NCBI GenBank assembly: GCA_051362555.1
Contig: CM120643.1
Coordinates: 19,534,848-19,598,847 of the forward strand
Direction of reading: 5' to 3'
Source: Lingula anatina
Taxonomy: Eukaryota; Animalia; Brachiopoda
DNA length: 64,000 nt
This document shows positions 47,761-59,892 of the stretch, piece after piece. The notes beneath the pieces are model-generated. The model had not been told where the DNA came from. It was given only the letters and a program-made list of their open reading frames with translations, and searched no databases. The first letter of the stretch is position 1. Every line of letters begins with the position of its first letter. Made by a program: the position numbers and the translations under genes.

Positions 47761-50700
47761 GAACACAAACTGAAGGGCAACAAGAGACATTACCTCCATA
47801 GGAAAGGCCTTATAGTTGACAGTATGTTCTGATCCCCGGGCTTCCTCTCTCCCCCAATGAAAGCGGCACTCTGCCAGCTCGTAGACGTCGTTGGACGGCA
47901 GTGGACCTCCTTCCATAGCTTAGAACAGAAGCAATCGAGATTTACGTCCAAATCTAAATAGCTCATGTCGAAAAGTTTCATTGTGTTTGAAATGGCCACA
48001 TAATTTTTTTTGTCAATAGCTATAATAAATTCACTTACATTGACCATCCAATATTTCGTCTGCTGACAGACTTCATCACGGAAATGAGCTCGTTAGTTCA
48101 TTAGCTCATTAAATAGCTCATTGGTTCATAGGTTTTGATTAACATATTGTTTAGGGTTAGATGCAAACATTGTCAAGCACATTTTGCCAAAGAATCAAGC
48201 GATCGTATAAAATCCCAGGGGCAATATGGTGTGTGGAAATCCCGTTATTTTATTATCACTCTTGGAAATCTATAGCAAAACACGTTGTTGTAAATCGTAC
48301 TTCATCATAGCATCCATTTGTGTAATCGTGGGACATAATCACACGGCTACCACTGTTAGTTACTGTCTTAGGCTAATTCTTACCTGTACAATCTATAAAT
48401 CAGCAAATCTCCCAAAATAATTTTACACCAATATATTTTAACAGATATTGAAAATGACAGTCCATCGAACGCAAAGAGGAGACCAAAGCCCATGGTGGAA
48501 ATTCTAATGAATAGACTACTTACTGGATCGGGGCGTAGAGTCCGGTCGAAAGCCAGAGTCGCCTGAAACGAAAGCATTAATTGTCAACGTGCGAAACTAA
48601 CAGAGTACCAATGTGCATTTTATACATTAATTGTATACTGCTTAATTGGTGACTCATATCAGTTTGTGGGAATGTTTTAAACTGCCAGTGATCAGAAAAG
48701 GTTTCAAATATTTCACCATTATAAAACGTTTGGTAATGACTAATGAATAACTACCGATCAATTAGATAATGTAAAATATTACTTATTATAAAAAATTAAC
48801 GACTTACCCATGAAATTATATTCGGGCCTTTATCGCAACACTAACACCTACTTTTGAAAAAGTTAAAATGGAAAAACAATTTTAAATTTTAAGTTTTCTT
48901 ATACAGATAGGAATTGATTTAGGGGGAGGTAGAAAAGGGAAAAAAGACGACTGAAACAAGTTTTCGACCCGATTGCGTCACGTTTACCTGGCTTGTATCT
49001 TGGGTAGATAACCACCGTATGGCCATTGTTGTAGATATCGGTCTCTCGGCACAACACATAATTCGCAACCAAGGGGTTTTCATTCAACTTTGGATCAAAG
49101 GTGGTGTCACGTGAGTTCAGGTTGATCGGTGATTGGTTTATCCCTTTGGCCGCAGGAAACCGTTTTGCCCAATCGGATGTGTCTAAAATGGAGCATTAAA
49201 TCATATGTAGGATTGGTCAACTAAGATCCAGGTTGGTTCATGTTACCCTTGACGTCGATAAGTATGAGACTGGAATAAAGTATGCAGTCTATAAAACAGT
49301 TTCACGTGAGTAAAGATTGATTGCCGAGCAGGGAAATTATTTCTGTTCGGCGACAGAAAACCGTTCAATTCACCATTTTATGTGTGTAGGCTGTCAGGAA
49401 TCCTCAAAGATTTGCTTGTAAGATTAAGAACAAGGATTTTCCAAGTAATATTTTCAATTCTGATGCAGCAACTTATAAGGAAATTCCATATTTAAAAAAT
49501 ATTTTACATGATCTTGCTCAAAAAAGGATAAAAATCACTCCTTGTTTTTAGCCACAGAAGCATTTCTCTTCGTAATCATGAAAAGTAATAAAGCAACAAT
49601 TAAGAGTCCTTGGTATCTTTGATTTTACCTTCCATTTCAAAGATTGTGTGCAGACAGTAAAACAAGATTATTTGTATGCAACATATATGTATTATGGCAA
49701 CTTTTATTTTGTTTATAGTAACATCATGCATTCTGGGAGATTTTTTTCCAAATATGGTCTGGATAGGATGTCCGTAGAAACCAACCAATGATTTAATTAA
49801 ACTCAAACACCGTTTAGCTGATCGGCTCTTTAAATGCCCTCTATAAAACAATTTTAACTGTCGTTTAGTTAACCGGTGTATAGAGAATTTATCCACTGGA
49901 TAGGCTTTACGTTGGTTATAGTGCTAAACGCCCTTTATAAAACTCGGTCCAGCCTATTCCTGTACGTGTTAAAGTTGTTTTGTACAAAGGCTCAGCCTTT
50001 ATCAAATTGCAATTAAACTAATTTGACGCGTTTTAATAGTAAACTGAAATTTTGGTCCATCCTTAAAAACCAAGGACAAGTATAAAATGTCTCAAGATCG
50101 CTTCTCATCGCGTGTTTTCATCATCCTGCTTTGCTGTGCTGTTACCATGGGAACATTGTGCCCATAGTAACATACAACAGCGAAATATATAAGCAATCAT
50201 GTTTGTTAATCAACCGAGTGGATGTATGGCAGACACATCAGACTTCGCGGTAAATTGATCAGTAGCACGTGCAGGGGTATAGTTCAATGTCAAAACGATG
50301 CAGAAAATAACAAATTGTCAGCTAATCTTTAAATTAAATGTACGGCCAACTGCGCTCTGGTCTGCAACAGATAAACGAAAATAAACTTTATAGATTGTGC
50401 AGAAAATGGCATTCAGTGATGACATTCAAATGTATAGTTGATTTATTAAAAAAAAAAAGAAATAAACATAACTGTTTGTCTCTCAACAGGGTGCGTGCAT
50501 GCATAGACACGCGCACCCACAGACACACATGCGCATTAACACTTACATTCACTCAATTGAACAAAAAACCCCACATGTTCGCTCGCACTTGCGCGAACAC
50601 GTCCGTAACGGTTACTGAAACCCTGGAGAAGACTAGATCTAGGCACCATGAATCACAGCATCCTCTTAGAAACTGCGTACTCAGAATTATTATGCGCCTG

Positions 50701-53700
50701 GACAAACCGCTATCTCAAACGCATACTTGGAATATAAAGCAGCCAGTTCTCATCGCTTGGGATTTTTAATAACTATTTTAAAGGGCTTGATGAACTAACA
50801 TTTTAAATTCTACATTATTTAAATCAATTGGTTTAGATCAGTGTTCCTTTTTTAAACTAGCATTTGATCTTCTATATTCATGGTTGGTTTTAGACTTTCG
50901 ATAACCAAACTCAGGACAACGGAGGCCGCAGAATGGCTGCAAAACCAGTTGCGTGTTCTAGTTTTCTACCTGCCTGCTGCATCTGTCGCATTAGTCTGTC
51001 TTTATTGATTTTATCTCATATATGCTGGGGATAGGCAGCTTACCGCCTACAGAACAATTGGACAGAGATATTATTACAGACATGATAGGTTATGACAGAA
51101 CCCCGGAAAATACCAAATGTTTAAAAAAAACGTTGATGCGTGGACGGTATTGTACGGGATAGACCTTTGGTTTATCATGTTATTGACCATCAAGGAACAT
51201 CTGAAAAGAAAAGGATTGTAATCAATGCAATGCACCGTACACCTCTATAAAACAAACAGAAGGGCTTTTCTGGAAATGTCCACAGTTTTCTTTATATAAC
51301 CAATGTGTACTCTACTGAGAAAATATATTTAATAACGATGTATAAATCCGTTGTCGTATTTCTAATTTTCATTGTTACAAGTAACATTCTCTGTCTTCAT
51401 TAAAGGATTGGCTTAAAAAAGGAACTCATTAAACGTACTTCTGCGAACGGCTTTGGTTTTTTGGAAACCTGTTGAAATTTCCAGAGAAACTTCAATTAGA
51501 ATTTTGTCTAAGGGCGAGATATAATAAGTGTTCCTCTTAGTTCTTATTGAAGTGCAACTTTGTTCGTTAAGAGTCAAGGTACAGGGTAGGCTTAACCGAG
51601 ACCGAAATGCGACATAAAATGTTTGTGCAGTAAGGCTCAGACAGACGAACGTTTGTAAAGCCTCTCTTCTGGTCCTCAAATCAAGTTCGGTCCCTTGGTT
51701 CTAAACTGTTTACAAGAAGCTCTATACTGGACCTACACCTGTAAATGTCCATCATTACGAGTTCAAACGTGTTCCCTAAACGTGTCCTTGGCTGACTCTA
51801 TTATGGTCTCCAATATTTGAGGTTTAAAACTTTGAGAGGCTACCAAAAAACGTACGTAAACTGAATGTTAGAAAGAAATGCATTTCAATTATTTAAAATT
51901 GTATTATATTTGCTATAATATATTCTCAGATTTTTTAAAGAACACAAAAGTTTTGCTGCGTGACTACCTTTAGGATGCTTAAGAATAATACTACAATATT
52001 TATGGCGTTCTCTGCCTCATGTTTTCAAGACAGTTACATTCGTGGGTGATTGTGTGCATGTGGTGGTGTTGGGGGGGGAGGGGGGGTGCTCACTCACTGC
52101 CATGATTGTGCGCTTTTTATTCCGTTTCAAGTTAGTATAAGCTCTTATTTTCATATGGACGCGTTTATTCCCGTGAATTTCCTAAATGTCCACTGGACTG
52201 GTATGGTCACGCGTTTTGTGCAAGTAGTAGAAATGGATTATATTTTTTTTTTCGAATCAGCAGATCTAAAATAAACAAAGTTTATTAATAAACGCGCAAT
52301 ATTTTCGTAATTAAAGCCTATTTGCCTGTTTGACTGCATTTAAACTAAGACGCAACTGACCATAATGTGTGTTTGATTGACGGGGCTGGTTTAAGCCCCT
52401 TTTACACTGGACGGCGTCCTTTCTGCGTCCAGCAGTACGGCCCCATTTGAGAGTTAAAAAATATAATACTTTACGTGCCGACAACTGGCCGTTCATTGAG
52501 CATTCATTCTGATACAAAATCAATGCTCGTGCCTCCTTATTAAGACCACAGAGATGCCAAATTTCATGGTCGCAGAAAGGACGCAGAAAGGACGCCGTCC
52601 AGTGTAAAGGGAGTATTAGAGATGTACTTGCTGCATACCTTGTTGATATTTATACCTAGGCTTTCACAAGCTGTATATCCCATATCATTCAGATAATGTT
52701 CAAGTGTTGTTTTGCTACATGATGACAACTTAGCATCCCAATTGTATTGCTTTAGGAGCGTACAGTGAAGGGAATATCATGAAAACCCAGTGATCTGACC
52801 AAAGACATTGTAGAGATCCAGTATAACTACGTAGTATAAGTAGGCCTATGCATACCAGTGCAGTTTACTGTTACACAACGCCGTTCTCCCTTGGGCAAAA
52901 TTAAAGGCTAAAATCCCCGTTTCAATTTACCAGTTCAAGGGAAAGATTCAGAACAGCGCCCTGGCCTGAATTTTGATCTTACAAACTGACCTCGGAAACC
53001 ACAAAATTTTCTTTCATGCCCGAAATCTGTGATTTTAAATACTCGATCCCCACCATTAAATGTCCCACCGACCCTCACATTGACTGCCTCTCTTGTTATA
53101 GAGCACAATTCAAATTAATTTAAAAGAGACAAACCCAGCTGTTATTACAGAATCAGGATTCTTTATCATAGATTTTGTCTCGACTCCAGGGACGTCTCAA
53201 TTTCTTTTTCGCCCTATATATATGTCTTATTAAGTTGAATGGTCTTTATCGCAGCATCTTTATTTAAGTTCATTAAAAACCACAAATCAAAGGAATTGTG
53301 CGCCGTAATGTACATGATCTTTGGATGGTTATTTTTTGTAATCCGATGTTGATAATTTCGAATCCTATACATTATAGTACATATGCGTACATGGAAAGCA
53401 TCAAAACAGATTAAAGGCATTTTCGCGTCGATCATTATACCGTTTTATTTGCATCTCATCTGTAGCGAACATTTGTTGCCAGATTAACGAAGCACCGCGC
53501 AATTATGTAAGAAAACCACGAAAATAGAGCACCCGCACCAGACACGGGCATTTAATTTTGGTTGGTCTGTAAAGGGCTTGTATTCGACCGGAGGCAGAGT
53601 TGTGAATCAATCTACAGTATATTATTTTCCGTTTATATAAAAGTTACCTAAGTCTCGCATAACGCTATCTCAAAATTGGTCCATTTATGACCCTTTAAAA

Positions 53701-56700
53701 CACCGCTACAGATGTAGACACTCCAACCCAATTAATTGAGTTCGATGTGAGAAAACTTTCAACAAAAAGTGAAAATGTGAGCCACATATATTTAGATTAA
53801 TATCGGAATAAATATATGACACGTTCCATTACTTTCACTGGTTTATGCCATTGTACCCTCTAACTGGGAAAGCAGTCAGCAGTTATTAAAAGTAATATGA
53901 AACATTAATAAAAACGTTATGCAAAACGTGAGCGGTTGTGATAAGTTAATTTACGCTCTCATCTTTCATATGAAAAGAAAAATGATTATTTATTACAAGA
54001 GTTCAGGGTGGGAAGAGGAGCATAAGGGCATAGCAACTATTATGTTATGAAATAAGTTAAGTTGAGCCTTTCTTCTGATATACTTTATCGTGTTTCGTGC
54101 CTATCTAGCTTAGTCGGTTAAGAAGATATATAACCCCCCCCCCCCCTCCCCGCCCACACTTCTTTCAACCTGTAAGATTGGAAAGTCGGTAGTCTGGCTC
54201 GGGCAATAAAATCTCACTATCTCCACATCTGGTTTCTATCAAGCGCGTTCAGAGCTTCAGAGCTTAGGACAAACATATTGCTCCTCGGGCCAGGAAATCT
54301 GGAGAAGGGGAGTAGAGGAACATGTCTTCTCAATATGGAAAGCTATATATTTTTGGTAATTTCCTTTGCAACATTTACAAACACTAAAAAATATCCTTTC
54401 TCGAATTAATATCATGTTTACACATTTCTGTAAATATCCTGAATTAAAATACTAATGTTAAATGTCAGAGACTTTGATTTATGACGAGAGAGAGAGAGAG
54501 AGGTAAAGACAACCTGTAAATGTCCCGAACTAGAGGAGAGTGTTATAAACTGAACACATCTTGGCTACAACCCGTAGACAGTTAGCCCGCAGAGTGGTTT
54601 AGTTATTATGATCAACATAATTGTTTATATTTTTATTAATATCAAACAATTTTACTGTTTGCAGCTATACCTGTTTGGAACATGTACTCTGCGCCATATA
54701 ATAGCAATGGTGCAAAGTGGTGATATTGTAAAATCCTGCAATAAAATTTTCTTCAAATATCAAATTTTATTAGATGGTTGAATACAACATCAGTAATAGA
54801 ACACTAATAGAATTCAGCATAATGATACTGAATTGTTGTAAAGACATGAAGGAAGCAGGGTGACCATATATGCTCGGAATATTGTCGGAGAGGGAAATTT
54901 CTCCAGTTTGTTCACTGCCCTGTGAAGCCATATTTTGTGGCCTGAGATGCCGTTACTTCGTGACCTGACCTGTCAGAAGCACGTCCGTGCACTCTTTTCA
55001 TCTTTTGATTCTTCCACATTAATCAAGATACGGAGTATCAATTACAAGTGACCCCCGGGGGGGGGGGGGGGCATGAAGGGAATAAATAATTATATGTAGT
55101 ATCCTTGTGACAGAAGGTTACTCTGCAATTTATATCTTTCAATTTATGCTGTGAAATAATAGCCAGCTAGTCCGTTGATCTGGCGAATCAACCAAATGAC
55201 CGTTAGTTGAGTTGCTTAACTGCAAGTAATTAATCCCCTCCCCTCCCCCCGAACGTCAAACTGGCAGGTTTCCAAATGAAGACTATACCGCAGAAAAAGT
55301 TTGGGGTCCAAAAGAGAGTCAGCCAAGTACACGTTTGGGGAACACGTTTGAACACGTCGTGATGGACATTTACAGGTGTAGGACAAGAACAGAGCCTCTG
55401 GTAAACAGTTTAGAACCAAGGGACCGAACTTGATTTGAGGACCAGAAGAGAGGCTTTACAAACGTTCACGTCCACTCACCAGACCAGATAAACCATCCTG
55501 CCATTTTACAATGATTACTAAAAGACTCGTTAAAACCATGAAATATAAGGACTAAACCCCATTCAGAATACAAAGCTTGCCGTCTAATCCGTTAATAGAC
55601 ACTGAATAGATATCCCGTCGGGAAGTATTCAAGTGGGTCGGCCATATTTGACCCTCGGGCTAGTTAGCCCTCTATTCTGAATGGGGCCTTAGTGAGACCA
55701 GTACAAGGTGCCGACGTACGAAACGTCTTTGAGAAACAACCAGGCTGTGCGTCCGGTGAGAGACGGTAAAACGTACCCCCCCCCCCCAACACCATACGGT
55801 CGTGTCTTTAATGTGACTGGAAAAAGTATAGACTTGGAGATTCAAGAAGCCTCAGGTCTGCCAAACTACCACACGCCATAATGAAGAATATCACGTCTAA
55901 CAAATCTAATAATATCCTGCAGTATCCAACAATATTCTGTCTAACATTACCGATACGTTACGTGCATCTGGACATGCCTGACATGTCTGACATGTTTCCG
56001 CGCCCCGCAACAAATCGTCATCCTGCTTGCACTGTGTATTCGTGGCAATCGTTTCGGGTATTGGTCAACAGCCTGTGAGGATGAAATCGGGAGGCGCGTG
56101 GAAGGGGTTGAACGGATCGGGACGGGACGGGCATTACATTTTTTCTAAGATGTTTGAGATACTCTTTTTGACAATGAGTCGTTTTTCATACAATGCAGTA
56201 CGAACCTTCTCGTTTGTTCTTCTCTGTGGCATGGCTCCACGTTCCCTCAACCTCGTCCCAGGTAGAACGCTCACTCATAGCGCCGTCTTTAACGCTGTGA
56301 TCCGTGTTCCAAAAAAGAAAACCTGTTCACACTTGCTTCACTGACTATGAAGCACAAGGCAAATTTGTGCTCGCTGCAACTCTCCACGTTTAATGTTAAA
56401 TAAATGTGAAATTTGCCTCAGTATCAGGCCTTACTCTGCTCCATACTTACCGCAGAATGAAATAGAGTAAGGCCTCACAATGAGGCAAATGTGAAGTGAG
56501 AACATTGCCACCAATACTCTCAGTATTGCTCTTGGTAGGTAAGCAAGCAACCAAGCAGGAACTGGTCTTGGGACCATAAACAGTCAACAGCAACGCTCAG
56601 ACATGCGCAGAATCTCAAATCCGCTGGGTCTAGATGACCTCATCAGACGACCAAGTTAATGTACTAGTGATATTTGTGGGTTTAAAACCCAGCAACAGCT

Positions 56701-58462
56701 CAGCAAGAAGCCAGCTGCTCATCTGTACTACTTTAAACTTAAGCCGCCAAAGACTATTTCAGCTGGGTGCCGCCATGCAGAGTGGGCTTCTACTGGACAT
56801 GGAAAATTAAATAACTGCTGATTTAATGGAGTCGTCTGATGGAGTCACGTAGGCCTATACCGGTTCAAGTGTATATCATGCCTTATTCAACATCAAACGA
56901 GACTGTCCAAGCATTGGTGATTTTGTCGTTCATACATTCCGCCAAGGCTCAAAGGCCGCACGCTTTGCCAGTGGTAATACCTCAATTTTTGCCCAAATTC
57001 CTGAGCAGGTGGTTTTATCTATGCTGCACACCGATCTTGAAATTTTTAAGTATGGTGAATTCTACTCCAGTATATAACAGCTTTGCGCCGTGACTATGCT
57101 CTGACCTCAGTCACCTTTGCAGAGCTGAACTTCTCCCTGGTATTGATTGCCTATGTCTCCGTTGCTGTAATAGTTTCATCATGAACTCCTCCATAGTGTT
57201 ATAAATATTACAGCCTATATGCAAAATTACTCACGGCGCTGAGTAAGCCGAAATAAATGTCGTCATCATCATATATTATAATTCTGGCCTGTTCCAATAA
57301 TAGTATTGAATGATTATATCTGTAACGCACGTAAAGAACAGATGTAACAAACAAGTCGGGATGTGTGACTGTGGGGCTGTGGCATGTTGACACAAAATGT
57401 GACACCTTTACATCTAGTGTGAAAACAAGACAGCGGAAACCGTGAGTTACAAGTATACTTTTAAATATCAAATACCGACTCCATTTTTCGCTTTGAAGCC
57501 GTACAAAAAGTTTCAACGTGCGGTCACTGTAATATAACGAATAGAAGATTATTCTTACTACATTTGCAATGTCACTTTATATGTCGAGGTTTTCATTATT
57601 AAGATAACATTTAATATGGCAAATTTATTGTTTCATTTAAGAGCAAAACGGCATTATTTAACTTTTTCAATTACTAATCTATATATATATATTTATTTCA
57701 CGTATGTATTTATTAATTCGTTTTTGGTGGTACAGTTTCAGATTTTTTTCTATTTTTCAAAAAATAAAGACATTCCATTTTTAATATTAGACTTGTTGAA
57801 AAGGTTTTGTGTAACTGTTAGTGCAAGCAACACATACTGGGGTAATTGCTATTACCAATACATTATTTACATATGTACAAAAACACTTGAAATACGTGAG
57901 CTAAACGAATAAATCAACTTGAAGACCAAAATGGAAAAATGTTTGCGCTTTTTTATTTGCCTTCCGTAATATTATGTATATTATATATGTTTTATTACGA
58001 AATAAATCTACTTTTCTGTGTATAATTTAATAATAATAAACTGTCATTGACAATACGCTCCTTACTTTTGTACACGAGGTCCGTGTCCTCGCTCATCACG
58101 TCCCTGTGGCGTCCCCTAGCGTGTGCGGTGCTCGCCATAGTACTCGGAGCACTGTTCTGGCGCGGCAGCTTCAGAGCTATCCTGGAGGTTTTGAAGAGAA
58201 CAAACATTGGAGATGTGTTGTTATTGGTCTCTTCTTGAGTCTGAAAGATAAAGAACATGACATTAAACAAAAGACTGTCTGTTGAGCAGACCAATCCTAG
58301 ATTTTGCATTAAAACACCTTTTTAACTGTGTGGTGGACATGAAAGGCAACCAAAGTTTTGTGTCTTCAGTTTCAGTTTCTTTCACGAAATATTTGGTATA
58401 ATTTTAACTACCTTGAGCGAGGTAGTCCGGGTGAAAGGTGTGATCCGTCGCATGTTCGCCAT
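45263..58462 (-). CDS. CA8: Carbonic anhydrase-related protein VIII-like (acatalytic alpha-CA), whole gene model, up to about 347 aa
   Basis: complement(join(45263..45397,45855..45967,46297..46348,46721..46783,47118..47213,47794..47918,48524..48562,48988..49182,58066..58240,58412..58462)). CA8-typical motifs [73 protein letters not shown]. The two 5' exons and the 39-nt exon are less certain than the core. Confidence 0.9.
45855..45967 (-). CDS. CA8: CA8 exon
   Basis: [38 protein letters not shown]. Confidence 0.95.
46297..46348 (-). CDS. CA8: CA8 exon
   Basis: [17 protein letters not shown]. Confidence 0.92.
46721..46783 (-). CDS. CA8: CA8 exon
   Basis: [21 protein letters not shown]. Confidence 0.92.
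47118..47213 (-). CDS. CA8: CA8 exon
   Basis: [32 protein letters not shown]. Confidence 0.94.
47545..47759. repeat. Compound palindrome and (TA)n array
   Basis: CTTGGTACGCCATTAATT-(AT)n followed by three AATTAATGGCGTACCAAG-(TA)n units. Confidence 0.92.
47794..47918 (-). CDS. CA8: CA8 exon (RFH motif)
   Basis: [41 protein letters not shown]. Confidence 0.95.
48524..48562 (-). CDS. CA8: CA8 candidate 39-nt symmetric microexon
   Basis: TTTCGTTTCAG|GCGACTCT...CGATCCA|GTAAGT; [13 protein letters not shown]; phase 1-1. Confidence 0.6.
48988..49182 (-). CDS. CA8: CA8 exon (first core exon)
   Basis: [64 protein letters not shown]. Confidence 0.93.
51647..51820. repeat. Dispersed repeat, arm 1 of an inverted pair
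   Basis: Reverse complement of about 55296..55467 (GAACGTTTGTAAAGCCTCTCTTCTGGTCCTCAAATCAAGTTCGGTCCCTTGGTTCTAAACTGTTTAC...). Confidence 0.9.
52394..52615. mobile_element. PIF/Harbinger-like MITE, 222 bp, in the large CA8 intron
   Basis: Arms TTTACACTGGACGGCGTCCTTTCTGCGTCC and reverse complement; TTA TSD. Confidence 0.8.
55296..55467. repeat. Dispersed repeat, arm 2 of the inverted pair
   Basis: Reverse complement of 51647..51820. Confidence 0.9.
55555..55688. mobile_element. Short Harbinger-like MITE
   Basis: CCCCATTCAGAATA / TATTCTGAATGGGG inverted termini; CTA/TTA flanks. Confidence 0.55.
58066..58240 (-). CDS. CA8: Probable CA8 5' coding exon
   Basis: GC-rich exon-like block with TTTCAG acceptor and A|GTAAGG donor; the only fully open frame (TQEETNNN...MASTAHARG...[10 protein letters not shown]) ends in phase 1, matching the 49182 acceptor. 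Confidence 0.6.
58412..58462 (-). CDS. CA8: Possible CA8 first coding exon ([17 protein letters not shown])
   Basis: ATG at 58462, AAG|GTAGTT donor phase 0 matching the next exon; could instead be 5' UTR. Confidence 0.4.
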
Positions 58463-59802
58463 CCTGATGCTGCAGATATATGCACGGACTATCTGTAATA
58501 CCTGTGTCCAGGAAATGCCTGATGAATCTCTTTGTCCTTATAAGAACAACGGGCCACCTACCGACTCCCAAATTGTCGACTGTTGAAAACACTGACTTCT
58601 ATTGACTGTCTGATCTCCCAGGTTTAGTATTGGACCACTTTTGGTGTGCAGCTTGATCAAATAATGTGGCGATTCAGCAACATGTAAATACGGAAAGCCG
58701 TCTTGTCACGTAATTACATGGCAGCCAATTAGAACATGAACCGTGTTCGCGAGTAGAGCGAATGAACGTACTCTAGAACTTCTATTACCTTTTCCATGTA
58801 TTCACTGCTTAGCTTATACCTCAGTAATTAAAAATTGGTAATAATAGGTCTAAAAGCTGGTTATTTCAAACCGTAATGGCTCGGCCTCCTTTTGACAAAT
58901 ATTGGATGGTCTGCGTCCGACACCAAAAGCCGACCGTATGTGGAGACGCGGGTACAGGTACCTGCAATCGATCACACGTCTGAGACAGCGTAATTACAGC
59001 ATAACAGTGCTCCCTCACCCCGCACGCTGATAACTGATAAAACTGCCTGACCTGACACACACAACTTCCAGGCAGCGTCCCAAACTTTGTAATTAATTGA
59101 ATAGTTATCACTTCATCTATCACGAATTCTTCGAATGTGCACGTACAGTGCTGGCGTGTCTCGAAAATCAGAGCGCATTTCCAAACGAGCTATAACGACC
59201 TAATTTAGTCCGTGGTATCTAAATAGATCATGTGGATGCAAATTTTGGCAATAGGAATAAAGTCTACAATACATGTGTGACGGCAAACGACTTGACTCAA
59301 ATTTGGGCAGGTGACATTAACGACTTTACGAGATTGGAGGCTCCTGTGATGAAAAATCATTAATTCACACGATAGGCTGCGATCGAGAGCGCACCAAGAT
59401 GAGTCCTTCATATTTAAATGGAAACGCGCCTTCAGATTGCCTCGACATTAACATTATAATGGTATCTGTATTTAATGTGATTTACAAACGCAGGTGTTCG
59501 CATGTACGGTACACAAGAGAGAGCGAAAAAACAACGTAAAAATCGTCATGTGTTAATTATTCAGCTCGCAGCTGTGATTGAAATCCATTTAGATAATGAC
59601 AATCAGCGGTACTAGCTAGACATTTGCTGAATCATTCACAAGTCAGCACAGACAGCAAAAAGTGGTCGACGACGGCGATTGTCGGAGCTGTCGACGTTGA
59701 CAACCGCGGTCGCTCCGACGTTGGGCTATTAGTAAATGGCTTTAGCAGACTTACGTTAGCCCGTCTTGGGGTCATGGCGTTGTGTTAACTGCATAACCTG
59801 CA

Positions 59803-59892
59803 TGTCTTTCCATTAGCCCGTTCTGTAGACAAGTTGCTTTGTCTGTATGTCTTTCCATTAGCCCGTTTTGTAGACAAGTTGCTTTGTCTGTA
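59803..59892. repeat. 45-bp tandem duplication
   Basis: TGTCTTTCCATTAGCCCGTT(C/T)TGTAGACAAGTTGCTTTGTCTGTA x2. Confidence 0.9.
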
